DNA of 64,000 nucleotides from Octopus sinensis (Eukaryota): NCBI RefSeq assembly GCF_006345805.1, contig NC_043015.1, positions 30,380,001 through 30,444,000 of the forward strand. Reading direction: 5' to 3'. The notes beneath the pieces were generated by a model that had not been told where the DNA came from, made no database searches, and worked only from the letters and a program-made list of their open reading frames with translations. A program made the position numbers and the translations under genes. Positions 51,553-64,000 of this stretch are shown piece by piece. Position 1 is the first letter of the stretch; every line of letters begins with the position of its first letter.

Positions 51553-52051
51553 GTAAGTACTCAACACAAAAAATAAACAAACATTGCTATTTTATTTTTC
51601 ATTGTATTTCTAAATTTCAGATAAACTTGAAAATTTTTGATTTTAATCTTTGCTTGTAAATGTTGAGTGTAAATTGTCTCTGGTTCTGTAAACAAAACTG
51701 TGGAAGGTAGAAAACTCTAGAATATGTAACCACGTTCTATCAAAAGGTACCAAGATGCACTGACACTGTTGCTCTATCTGTCTGATGGATCCCTGTCTTA
51801 TTCAGAAGAAAGGTAATACCCTTTACCTTTACACAACCTCTGGAATTGTTTGGTGAGAAAGAAAAAAAGCGACCATGAAAACATATATTACTGTACTTGG
51901 AAGACACAAACCAACCTCAGACTACAGATACAGTAGCAACAGGATGAAGTTTTCTACATTGTTATTTCTGATTCCAGCAGATCCAGGTATTGATGAATAT
52001 CATTCATCAATCATTAACTATTAAAGAATTGCACAATGGCATTACATAAGA

Positions 52052-52792
<741 letters not shown>

Positions 52793-53063
52793 GAGAGGAA
52801 GTCAAAAATTTTCTCTTAGTCTTTCAATCAATGAACTGCTCTCTAACTAGACATGTTTTTGCAGCAAAATTATACCATTGCACATGTGTGTGTGTGTGTG
52901 TGTGTGTGTATACATGCATGCATATATGTGGATGGGTGTGCATCATCATTATCGTCATCATTTAAAGTCCATTTTCCATGCTGGCATGGGTTGGATGCTT
53001 TTGACAGAGCTGGTGAGCCAGAATACATATGAGCCAAGCTCTGCTGTTATCTTTGGCATGGTT

Positions 53064-53115
<52 letters not shown>

Positions 53116-53467
53116 TATATATATATATATATAATGTAAGTATCTTTTAAGTTTGTTTACAGGAAATGTTTTTGAATACACACATAAAAGCTCCTATATT
53201 ATTGCACTGGCTACGGTCTAGTGGTTCCAACTTGTAACATCAGTTTTATGAGATAGTTCCAAGCTGCACCGATATAACATAGGATAAATATAGTATAATA
53301 ATATTAATCCAAGGATGGAATTTCATGAATATTTTGATGCACTGCTACACACATTTCCACAGATCTCATGTCTTTTGTGACATGGATTATTATTACTATA
53401 TATATATATATATATATGGATAAATGAAAGAATGGAGTCGAACGAAGATGTTAACAAAATTCTTTTA

Positions 53468-53549
53468 CTCTCGACACATGTTTCGAAGACAGCATATTTT
53501 CATTCCAAAGGAATAAAGGGTGCATTATGCAATCTTCTCATCAGGAAAG
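53468..53549 (-). ncRNA. Type-I hammerhead ribozyme motif with extended helix II (Penelope-like element associated)
   Basis: Minus strand reads CTTTC-CTGATGA-GAAGA...TCTTC-GAAA-CATGTG-TC-GAGAG. Core boxes intact, GUC cleavage triplet, helix I CTTTC/GAGAG, helix II GAAGA/TCTTC extended by GCATA/TATGC. Lies in a short element between (TA)n tracts (about 53396-53615). Confidence 0.75.
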
Positions 53550-54881
53550 AAAGGGAGCCTCTCTCGACGATAAACATAGGATAATTCATTCACCTACATA
53601 TATATATATATATATAAGAAATTACAATAAACATAATTTTATATTATTAGTTCCTACATACATATCACAATTATGCTTGCTTGGATCCCTGTATTGTTTG
53701 TTTCAAGTGTTTATGGATACTTAATGGGGTCATCAAGGAACACTTTATTGCAATAGTAGTTTTCTGCAACTTTATGCAATAAAGTATTTCCTGATGATCT
53801 ATACTTGTTAAGCATCCAAATACGCTTAAAACATTCTAATGCAGGGCTCCAAGCCATCATAATGGTGGAATGTACATAGGAACTAATATGAGGGAGAGTC
53901 ATTAAGCTAGTATTAGGAACATAAATTGTGACTAAGGTTTGGTGGAAGATTTTAATTCAGTTTTTGAAAACAAGATATTTGTACTACAGAGCCAGATGCG
54001 GTTTCAGAACAATTAAAGATCTTATAATTGGCTCATTCAAACACTTGACACTACTCATTTGTAGCATTTTTTTTTCTATTGTGGCATGAGTAAAAAAAAC
54101 TCTGGTTTCACTCCTGAGAAACTTTACAGTGAAGGAAAGACCCTAACTTTACTTACTAGGAATGTAGCATACAGTACCTTCAGAGTCATCTCCCCTAAAG
54201 TTCTAGCTTTTCATGAAGTGGCATTTTTTATGGTGATAGCAGTGATGCTTCCTTATATCGGAACAAAGTCACAAATTTATAGAGATGTTGATTGACAATA
54301 ATTATATCATAATATATTGTTTTGACAATAATTGATTAAAGAATTCATTGTATGTTTTACACTGAATACGTAGCCAGTTTGTATGCCTATCCAGATATAT
54401 ATCTTATCTACTCATACAGATTATGTAGTTTCCATTATATTTAAATATCTAACTGTACACAGAATCATGCACACACACACAGACCTATTTCTGGGTACAT
54501 CTTATTCTCTCTCTCTCTCTCTCTCTCCTCTCTCTCTCCCTCTCCACACTGCTTCTATCTCCTCAATGGAACTTACTATGATCAAAATGTCACATCATTA
54601 AAAGAGTCTCTGTTATGCTTGGGCATGTGTGTCTGTGTTTTCGGTACTTGACATTTCCATCTGTCTCGTGGTGATATCTCCTGCTAACACTTGTTATAAT
54701 CAAGGGGTGAAATCTTGATTTGGTGGTGAATGGGGACAGTACCCAGTCTCTCTCAAACTAGTGAGGTTGGTATTCAGTTTGAATTCTGTGGGTTGATTTC
54801 TCTAAGTGGGAATGTCTGCCAGAGCCTAAATATCTGTATTTGGGGAAAGAGATATCTATAGGGAGAAGTTGATGTCAATCA

Positions 54882-54933
54882 CCATGGAATTTGTTCCAGA
54901 TGATCTGCCATGGAATTTGTTCCAGATGATCTG
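54882..54933. repeat. 26-bp perfect tandem duplication
   Basis: ccatggaatttgttccagatgatctg repeated twice. Confidence 0.92.
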
Positions 54934-55899
54934 CTCAATGGAACAGCCTGCAAGTGGTTGAGCACTCCACAAACGTGCATAACCTTAATGTATTTCTCTA
55001 GGAGATTCAACATGACACAGAGTGTGACAAGGTCAGCCCTTTGAAATACAAGTACAACTCATTTTTGCCAGCTGAGCGGACTGGAGCAACGTGAAATAAA
55101 GTGTCTTGCTCAAGGACATAACACACTGCTGGAAATTGAACTCACAACCTTACAATTGTAAGCCAAAACCCCTAACCCCTAAACCATATGCCTTCACTGG
55201 AATTTTGTAACAGAAAGGATTAACTAAAGTGTTTATTGGAAAAGAGGATTCATGTCCCTATTGAGGGCTGTTTTCAAGGTCTTAGCTCATAGTTAGGAGT
55301 TGCTTAACTTCACTTCGGTCCCAGGTTGATGGTAGTCTCCACCATGCCTATCCCATTGTTTTTTTTTGTGCTTTTTCAGGCATAAAATATCTAAGACTAC
55401 ATTATCCAATGCACCCTTTATTTTTATTTAAGATTGTGAGATGAAATTTGAGAGAATGTTGGTTCCAGTACAATGTCTGGTGAAAGGTGTGTAGGTTGTC
55501 TGTGAATGATGATTGTTTAAAAAAGATTATCTTCAAGAATTAAAAGTTTGAGTGATCTTAGTGTGAGTGTCGGGTTGGAATTAACTGAGTTGGTCATTGA
55601 TATAATGGTGAAACGGTCATCATGTAAGAGTAATGGCAGGAATGTGTAGGACATAGACGTGATGGCAGTGGCAGTGGTGGTCTGCAATTTATAGAGGTTT
55701 CCTTTAGGATGTGTATATGTTTGTACTGTACTTTGGGGTATGTGTAGTATGTGTTAGGTGTGGTAAGTCCAGAACACTGTGGCAGACAGCGTTGTGGAGT
55801 TGGTACACAAAAACTTTGACTCTGACTTTCAATTTATGGCAACACCAATACCAACCACTCTATATGTAATTAGACAAATCATGGGTATGGGTGTGGTTG

Positions 55900-56320
55900 T
55901 AGGCACGGGCATGGCTGGGTTGTTGAGATGTTTGCTTCCCAACCACATGGTCTCAGGTTCAGAAGGTCACTTCACAAGTGTCTTCTACTATAGCTTTGAG
56001 CTGACCGAAGCCTTGTGAGTGGATTTGGTTGATAAAAACTGAAAGAAACCCATTGTGTGTGTGTGGAGAGAGAGAGAGAAATAAAGAAAGATTGTGCATG
56101 TTTGTGTCTCATTGTCTTGATATCACATGCTGGTTGTGAATGGATATCATTCATTTCCAATGTACTGTGAAAATATGTCTTTTCATGGGGAAATATTACC
56201 TTGTTTGTAAACAAGTAAGGGTTGATGACAGGAAGTACATCCATCCATTGAAAATCTGCCTCATTAAATTCCATCTGACCCATGCAAGTATGGCAAAGTG
56301 AACATTAAAGTTATGTGGAT
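55900..56320 (+). mobile_element. SINE family A head with an alternative 3' half (also 48950-49290, 34945-35610)
   Basis: Family-A head up to gaaagaa(g/a)ccc, followed by a different body ending in acccatgcaag(c/t)atgg and a (GAT)n-type tail. Confidence 0.65.
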
Positions 56321-56344
56321 GATTTATTTCTTATACTGATTCGA

Positions 56345-56678
56345 TGACTGGCATCCATGCTAGCGGGGTGCAAAGAGCACCATCCGAGCGTGATCGTTGC
56401 CAGAGCAGCCAACTGGCTTCCATACCCGTGGCACGTAAAAGGGAACCATTCGAGCGTGATTGTTACCAACATAGCTTCACTGGCACCTGTGCCAGTGGCA
56501 TGTAAAAAGCACCCACTACACTCTCGGAGTGGTTGGCGTTAGGAAGGGCATCCAACTGTAGAAACTCTGCCAGATCAAGATTGGAGCCTGGTACAGCCAT
56601 CTGGTTCGCCAGCCCTCAGTCAAAATCGTCCAACCCATGCTAGCATGGAAAGCAGACATTAAACGATGATGATGATGA
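56345..56678 (+). mobile_element. Retroposon family B with internal subrepeats
   Basis: ccgagcgtgat/tggcacgtaaaa subrepeats, then the consensus 3' half and (GAT)n tail. Confidence 0.88.
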
Positions 56679-57339
56679 TTGATTGAAAGTGCACAACATC
56701 TTAGCCAGTGTGAATTACCAATGTGGCTACTTTTTAACGACATACAAGGAATTAAACAAAACTTACATAATTAAAAGAAAAGACTATTTTTATCAAAAGG
56801 CTGAAAGAAACAAGCTATCAAAATACTATTTAAAAAACATCTGAAACATCTTTGTTTGTCAGATCAGAAGTGTGAAGTACAGCAAAATTAAACTAAGATT
56901 GAACATCTAAAGCAATTTAATAAAAGAGCATTTTAAAAGAAATAAACTCAATTAGCTACAAATAACCTTTCTTTTTAATCTCTTCAATTAATCTCCTTTT
57001 CAAGATTAAAGCATTGTTTAAATATAAAATTTAAGTGAATGTAACATGAAAGATTACATTAGATGCGATTAAAATTATATCTTGAAGTATTATAAAGAGT
57101 ATCCTTACAAAATTTTCTGAAAGAAACTCTATCTCATAGAATAGAGATTAAATATAAAATACAAATTCATATAATTTACTAACATCTTATCCTTAAATAC
57201 AGGATTTCTTCTACAAGAACCTCTTTTATAGAAGCCCTTAAATCTGGTTTGATTATTTCAGTGCAAACACAATTTAAATTAGGATGTGTGAAATTTTAAC
57301 TTCTTATGTTACAATCATCCCACAGCCTTAGTGTGGACT

Positions 57340-57810
57340 AATTCCCCAACATGCTGCTCTGAATGACATAATCAGAAGGGACCTTGATGTGCCTGGCTTT
57401 CTGTCTCAGCTTGAACCAGCAGGTCTCAGCAGTCGGGATGGTAAGTGCCCCGATGGAATAACCCTCTTCACATTCGAGGGAAGCAGATCTCTACTCCAGG
57501 ACACAACATGCAGTGACATATTCTCCAGTTCCAACCTTGCAACATTGGCTGCAAACATGGGTGTCACTGTCCATAACATGAAGGAGAAGGAAGTCAATGC
57601 ATACAGTGACCTGACCAGCCACTATCAGTTTGTGCTAGTCGCCTCAAGATGGAAGGTGTTCTCGGAACCTGTACTACTGATTTCTTCTGCAAAATAGGAA
57701 TAATGGCAGTCCATTTGGAGAAATGAATCTCGCAAGGTGGAGTGGCTGCTGCAGTGAGTGTTGCTGGCTATTCTCTGCAGCATTGCTATTGTAGTCATTA
57801 CCGTGGGACA
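57340..57810 (+). mobile_element. Degenerate CRE-like (R2-group) non-LTR retrotransposon, restriction-like endonuclease region
   Basis: QHAALNDIIR followed by LEPAGLSSRDGKCPDGITLFTFEGSRSLLQDTTCSD...KEVNAYSDL...YQFV.VA. Resembles the RH..LND...EP.GL.R.DGKRPDG.T..PW..G..L.WD.TC.D...K..KY RLE signature. Confidence 0.7.
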
Positions 57811-57821
57811 TGGCTGAGCAA

Positions 57822-58095
57822 ATTCCATCTACCAAATCCACTCACAAGGCTTTGGTCGGCCCGAGACTATAGTAGAAGACACTTGCCCAAGGTGCCATGC
57901 AGTGCGACTGAATACATACATACATACATATGATGGGCTTCTTTCAGTTTCCGTCTACCAAATCCACTCACAAGGCTTTGGTCAGCCCAAGGCTATAGTA
58001 GAAGACACTTGCCCAAGGTGCCATGTAGTGGGACTGAACCTGGAACCATGTGGTTCGTAAGCAAACTACTTACCACACAGCCACTCCTACACCTA
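57822..58095 (-). mobile_element. SINE family A, two tandem partial 5' copies
   Basis: ctaccaaatccactcacaaggctttggtc...gcccaaggtgccatg occurs twice in tandem. Confidence 0.85.
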
Positions 58096-59309
58096 TGTTC
58101 CTAGAAATTCTTCTTTATCACTACTTTAATTTGGGTTGTATGCGATTTTATTGCTACCATTTCTGATATCTTTGTACTTCAACAGTTTTATCTCTTACCT
58201 AAGGTGCTGCACTTTAATATTAAACAGGAATTAATTTTTTAAAACACTTGGCCTACTACATGTACATGCACATGTGAATTTTTAGCTACATACAAGGAAA
58301 AGCTAAGTGACTGGCAAGCAAGCCTTCATTCAGTGTTCACTCTACAATCACTGTTCCAAGCTATGCCTTCTCTGTCCGTCCCTGCTACTGCTACTACAGT
58401 GTTCTCTGCTCCTCTATACACATATACATACTTTGTCTACTTGATGATAGTCAGGACACTTAGCTACCACTCTGACCACCATCACCTCTACTATTTCACT
58501 GCTCAAGATTTCATTCTAAACATTTATTTACTCCATTTGTGTTTCCCAATATTAACTCCCTCCATCACTCTCTTCCCATCTATACTTCACTAGCAATTTC
58601 AGATCTACAATAGTTCAGACTAAACATTAATTATACAAACCTCACTCCATTATCCCTACACCCACCTCAGTCTGAGGAAAAGGTGTTAACAAGATAAAAT
58701 TGAATATAAGCAATTGTTTTTTTATATTTTATTTAGAACAGAGTATTTTTGCTCAGCTATACACAGACAACATTCTTCTTGTTTAATCCTTAGATTAGTC
58801 TTAGAATGGCAAAGTATCATAAAACAGAGTTCAGAGCACCAGAATATAATACAGAATATTAGAGTTTAGTATAGATCTTTAAAGTACAGAACCCTCATTA
58901 CCAGCAGTGTGGAGTTTGACTTGCGGAGTCAATGCCATATCAGGCCCCTAAATAATCACATCATTGAAATCTTGAAGCTATAAAATAATGCATGATTAAT
59001 TCAAAACAATGTGAATAAAAAATAAAATTATTAACTTATTCATTAAAATTTACCATGAACTTTATTGTTCCACACTGTTGTAGGTGGTGGTTCAATTTTT
59101 TTTTTTAATTATTACAAAATTTACTTTTTACATTTTGAAATGTGATATTGCTTTTGTGTACAGATGTTAGTCAAGCATTTCCTTGGAGTGTGGGACATAG
59201 AAAAAGTTGGTACCACTGCTTTACATGATCACTTAACTTGCTAGAAATGATAGTCGAATCTCTCACAGCTGAAGCCCTAAAATCTTACAAAAGATAATAT
59301 AATACTAGA

Positions 59310-59528
59310 TACGAGTGAGTACTGAAGAGTTCCTGGCTTTAAGGCTATTGTGAAAGGCCTGGTTGGAAGCCCAACCTCCTGAGTTTTTTTACAGGGCTTA
59401 GAAAAACTGAAGGACTACTGCAATAAGTGTGAATCTGAGAGGGGAGTGTGTTGAATAAAATCATAACTAACTGATCCTCCTGTATTTTCTTCTACCCAAA
59501 GCTAGAAACTTTTCAGCACTTTGTCGTA
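59310..59528 (+). mobile_element. Mariner-derived MITE
   Basis: TA-cgagtgagtactgaagagttcctggcttt ... aaagctagaaacttttcagcactttgtcg-TA degenerate TIRs. Internal remnant of a transposase C-terminus (GLEKLKDYCNKC...VE*). Confidence 0.7.
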
Positions 59529-60634
59529 GACTATCTGAATCCTTGGACCAGATGGTCAGAGTTGAAGCATCTTTTATAATAGATTGGCCGTATTAGGATT
59601 GACCTGAAGCTGAGCAATTACTTCATTCTCAAATTAGTATTTTTGAACACTGTATAATTGATTTTTTTTAATGAAAATGTAATTCACATTTATGAAAATA
59701 TTCATTTTGCAAAAATGATTTCATTTTTATAAAAATATTTTTTTTAAACTATAACTTATTTTTATGAAAATACAAATCATTTTATTTTAGATTATGATTC
59801 ATTATAAGAATGCAATTGTTTCATGAAAATATAGTTCACCATTGAAAAATATTTTTATAAAAATTTAATTCATTTTTATGAGAGTATAATTAAATTTTGA
59901 TGAAAATATTATTGATGACAGTTTTTTTTTTACGTATTGTCTTATTAAGTGTAATAATGCTTATTGATTCCCATTGATTTGAATTAATCATGCATTATCT
60001 CATATCTTCAAGATCTTGATGGTGTAATTACTTGATGTAGAATAACATTGTAGGGTAGGTGTGAGGGCCTGGATCTGGTCAGTTTGAACATAAAACAGAT
60101 TAAATATTTTGGCCGGATATGGCCGGTTTAAATACTAAAGGGTTAAATACTTGATACATACAAGCTTCTTGTTGTCTTTATTTTATATTGATTTTATTTC
60201 ATGATTACATGATTAGAATGGGTTTTTTTAGAGTAATTGCTTTACACCTTGATGTCCTTCTTAATTATCTCTGATTACATGCTCATGAGGTAAAAATAGT
60301 GGAGCCTGTTTATTTTAATTCATGCAGGTAAAGTGGAATAAATAGTTTGATGTGTTGATCAAAAGGCAGTAGTAAGATCTGAACTTATGACCATGTGGTC
60401 TATTTTGCAGCACCGTAACCTCGCAGCTATTGTGCTTCTTGTTTAAAGAACAAAAACTGTTTCTTCGTTGTTTTGTAGATTTTTGTTGCTAACTATCAAT
60501 CTTTGTAAATGCAGTTGATGTATGTAGTATGTATGTATGCATGTATGCTTGTATATATATAAATATATATATCTGTGTGTGTGTGTGTATGTATATATAT
60601 ATATGCAATATATATGTATGTATGCACATATGTG

Positions 60635-60679
<45 letters not shown>

Positions 60680-60690
60680 CACACAACTTG

Positions 60691-60847
60691 TAAACAAGGG
60701 CAAAACAAAAAAATTTCTAATGCCAAATATGCCGAAACTAGACACATCGTCCATACTCCTTTATAGTGATGAATTATATGGTTATGGACGATGTGTCTAG
60801 TTTCGGCATATTTGGCATTAGAAATTTCTTTCTTTTGCCTTTGTTTA
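60691..60847. repeat. Inverted repeat with a 45-bp perfect core and 27-nt loop
   Basis: aaatttctaatgccaaatatgccgaaactagacacatcgtccata (60711-60755) and its exact reverse complement (60783-60827), plus imperfect outer arms. Confidence 0.95.
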
Positions 60848-61795
60848 TAAATTTAACCTTTAAAGGTATTTTTTTAATATGCTGGCCATTGATAAAATTT
60901 ATTTTGAAAAACTTTATATATATGTATGTATGTATGTATGCACATATGTATATGAATCATTGGCGCAGGGAATTAAAAGTTTAACACTTCTCCTTTCCCA
61001 ATAATAACTAAACTGAAGGGAAATAAGATATTTTTATTTTTGAAACAGGCAGATTGAAGCAAGTAAAATAAGGATAATAATGGTTTCAGATTTTGGCACA
61101 AGGCCAGCGATATTAAGGAGTGGGTTAATTCATTACATCCACACCAGTGCTCAACTGGTAGTTTTAGCTACCCTAAAAGGGATTCAAGACAATGTTGATG
61201 TTGGCTGAATTTAGACTCAGAATGTGAAGAACTGGTAGAAATGGGGCAAGGTATTTTGTCTGACACGCTAGTGATTCTGCCAATTTGCGACCTTATAGTC
61301 ATAATGTCACACAACAATGACCTTGTTACTTGTAGTTCGGTCCTTAGTATCATAACTTCATGGCTCTCTTCTTTTGAATTAGCTTTCAATGGTATTGATG
61401 AGAAAATAATGACTACACTGTTATATCTCATACATACACACACAGTACGCACTCATATAGTGTATAGTAAAACACAATTCAAGCAATTTAGTCTCTTTTC
61501 ATCATTCACCATGCGTTTGTTCCCCTGACTGGAATTGAATTCATGAACTTCTAAGGATTTTGTGTATTAAATAGTGCATGGAATAAAACAGTATGTCGTT
61601 AGTAACTTAGCTAAATTAGTATATGTAGACCTAAAGTGGCAGGGTGGGTGAGGAATCTTTATTTGATTCCTTGAGCTGCTAGAAATAGTAGCTAAATCTC
61701 TTTTAAAGCAGATATTATAGTCTTTATGAGAGAAAGGTCACATCAGACAATGTAGATCTGCAGATTCCTAGAACCACCACCACCACTGACCAAAA

Positions 61796-62714
61796 ACAGT
61801 AAAGAAATAGGTAAATGACTCTTCTTAAAGGCAAGTCTAACAGTTGCAATATTTCCATAAGATCTGGTATCTGTAGCCAAAAAAAGTATGATCTGAGACA
61901 TGTAGAATTCAGTTTCTTTCTCCAGATATACAGCAAGAAATACAAAGCTTCAGTGGATATGAACTCTTGTTTGTTGTTGCTGTTTATCTTGTTTATCTAT
62001 GATCAAAGACATTTCAATTGGTCAGAGCTGGAATGCCTGCCTCAGATCTTGGTTCTACACAATCAGGATTGACTTAGAGCTAAATAACAACTAAAGAGGT
62101 TCACGTTGAACAGTGTTCTCACACATCCCTACAATAGCAGGATAGTTGTTGTTGTTTGTTTGTTCCTTCTCGAGCTATGCCTGGCTCATAAGGGCCGGTT
62201 TTCCAGTATCTTGGCGTATAGGTTCCCCACCTGGATGGGACGCCAGTCTGTCGCAGGTGAGCTGCAAGATGCAGGAGGAAAGAGTGAAAGAAAGTTGTGG
62301 CTTAAGAGTCAGCAGAAGTTTAGCCATTACCTTCTGCCGGAGCCGCATGGAGCTTAGGTGTTTTCACTCATAAACACACACATCGCCCGGTCTGAGATTC
62401 GAACCCGCGATCCCTCAACCACGAGTCCGCTGCTCTAACCACTAGGCCATGTGCCTCCACAACAGGATAGTTGCAATTGAAATGTCTTTGATCATAGTTC
62501 TTGGTCTAAGATGACTTGCAAGATAAACAGCAACAACAAACAAGAGTTCATATCCACTGAAGCTTTGTATTTCTTGCTGTATATCTGGAGAAAGAAACTG
62601 AATTCTACATGTCTCAGATCATACTTTTTTTGGCTACAGATACCAGATCTTATGGAAATATTGCAACTGTTAGACTTGTCTTTAAAAAGAGTCATTTACC
62701 TATTTCTTTACTGT
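61796..62714. repeat. 196-bp near-identical inverted duplication (61796-61991 / 62519-62714) plus a 24-bp inner inverted pair
   Basis: The arms differ at only two positions I could find; the ORF-track products at 61815(+) and 62695(-) are near-identical. Inner pair ctatgatcaaagacatttcaattg (61997-62020) / 62474-62497. Confidence 0.95.
62149..62462 (-). mobile_element. tRNA-derived SINE family E (Meta/V-domain-like 3' part, (AAC)n tail) with 11-bp TSD
   Basis: A box TGGCCTAGTGG, B box GGTTCGAATCT, segment cctgcgacagactggcgtcccatccagg. TSD caggatagttg at 62138 and 62463. Confidence 0.85.
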
Positions 62715-62926
62715 CCACAAAGGGCTAAACACAGAGAGGACAGACAAGGACAGACAAACGGATTAAGTCGATTACCTCGACCCCAGTGCGTAACTGGTAC
62801 TTATTTAATCGACACCGAAGGGATGAAAGGCAAAGTCGACCTCGGTGGAATTTGAACTCAGAACGTAATGGCAGACGAAATACTGCTAAGCATTTCGCCC
62901 AGCGTGCTAACGATTCTGCCAGCTCA
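62700..62926 (-). mobile_element. SINE family C
   Basis: Near full-length consensus match. Confidence 0.9.
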
Positions 62927-63172
62927 TTAATGGTAAATTAGGCAAATTTACCATTTGCTTAATGCTACAGAGTCTGTAGCTACTCCGTGAGTTCCTGGGG
63001 GTTACAGAGATCTCGTTTATCACAATGATGTATCACAGCATGGTTGGCAGAATCAGATAAGATATTTTATGATGTTTGGTTATATTTCCTTATATTCCGA
63101 GTTTAAATCCTGTCTTGGCCAGCATTGTCTTTCCTCCTTGTACCTGTCAAAGAAATGTTACTGTAATCAGTA

Positions 63173-63410
63173 TACAGTAATCCTTTGACTATCACAGGTG
63201 TTACATTCCAAAACCTCCTACAGAAATAATTAAAATCTAAAAAAATATAATACCTGTTGGCCACAGAAACCTACGATATACTGAGAAGTCCGCTATATAA
63301 ATTTCCATATATTAGCCAGAAAAATCTGTGATGTACTGAGTGCATGGTAGGTGAACCACTATGTACTGAGTTACGATAGGTGATTTGCGATAAGGTGAGG
63401 CATTACTGTA
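63173..63410. mobile_element. pogo/Tigger-type MITE
   Basis: TA-CAGTAATCCTT ... GAGGCATTACTG-TA termini. Confidence 0.65.
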
Positions 63411-63618
63411 TTTGAATGTTTTTTTTTCAGAGCAGTGCTCCAGCATGGCACATAGCTCAATGGCTGAATATAAAAGAATATAAAATCTACCAAATATTTA
63501 TAACTCCGATATTCTTCTTTACTTGTACTTGTAACAAACTATACTGACCATCTGACATGCAAACAAACACTAATCTTTTGTTTCTCTGGCAATAACCCGA
63601 TTTTGTTTATGATTTCAG

Positions 63619-63669
63619 CATTACTTATTCAAGCAGAAGATGAGTACACATATGCCTTTTATTTAGCTG
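63619..63669 (+). CDS. SLC16/MCT-family transporter, coding exon 4 (51-nt mini-exon, TM11-TM12 loop); gene continues beyond the window
   Basis: Acceptor ttttgtttatgatttcag (63618), donor G|gtaagt (63670). Phase 1-1, in frame with exon 3: (A)LLIQAEDEYTYAFYLAG, corresponding to the MCT G.L.D..G.Y...F...G segment. Confidence 0.85.
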
Positions 63670-64000
63670 GTAAGTTTCCTCATGTTATTCAAATATTTCT
63701 TATATTTTCACAATATTTTTTAAAATCCATTCTCAGCATTACTCTGAGTAATCGAGAATTTAATTTAATTTTTTGTTTTTTTCTATCTCAATATCAAGAG
63801 GAAGTGCAGTGAATTGGCTACAATTGGCTAATTGGCATAGTCATTCATCATCATCATCATCGTTTGACGTCCGTTTTCCGCGCTAGCACGGGTTGGACGG
63901 TTCGACCGGGGTCTGGGAAGCCAGGGGGGTCCGGCATCGGCCACGATCGGTTGGAGCTTTTAACGTGCCATTAGAGGACAGAATAAAATACCGTGTAGTT

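Noticed and set aside
50766-51659. 297-aa ORF as a single-exon gene
   Set aside because: The first 18 and last ~35 codons are intronic. The true exon is 50821-51552, bounded by strong splice sites.
56720-57330. Second Penelope relic (FIKRLKETSY resembling F..RL..RGY)
   Set aside because: Only one weak motif in very AT-rich, stop-ridden sequence; cannot be supported without a profile search.
62385-62460. tRNA gene (also the heads of SINE families A and C)
   Set aside because: A and B boxes are present but there is no complete cloverleaf, and the sequence continues into a SINE body with a TSD.

Overview
AT-rich, microsatellite-dense animal genomic DNA. The SINE repertoire points to an octopus or other coleoid cephalopod; this is inferred from repeat recognition, not a search. 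One host gene is supported: a divergent SLC16/monocarboxylate-transporter-family (MFS) gene on the + strand. Four coding exons are visible (40245-40464, 43073-43216, 50821-51552, 63619-63669), all joined by phase-1 GT-AG introns, and the gene runs off the right edge. Candidate non-coding 5' exons and promoters lie in two CpG-retaining domains (about 1-8.6 kb and 35.7-37.8 kb). The rest is intron or upstream DNA filled with SINEs, LINE fragments (CR1, RTE, CRE-like, Penelope), mariner/piggyBac/hAT/pogo-type MITEs and foldback elements. The most notable unannotated signal is a set of type-I hammerhead-ribozyme motifs with palindromic helix III, some with an unusually long helix II. Several sit in short (TA)n-embedded elements, and a Penelope RT relic is present in the same window. 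There are also several long dsRNA-forming inverted repeats, including a near-perfect 196-bp intronic inverted duplication upstream of the 51-nt exon. Almost all other ORFs in the track are microsatellite or SINE artefacts.
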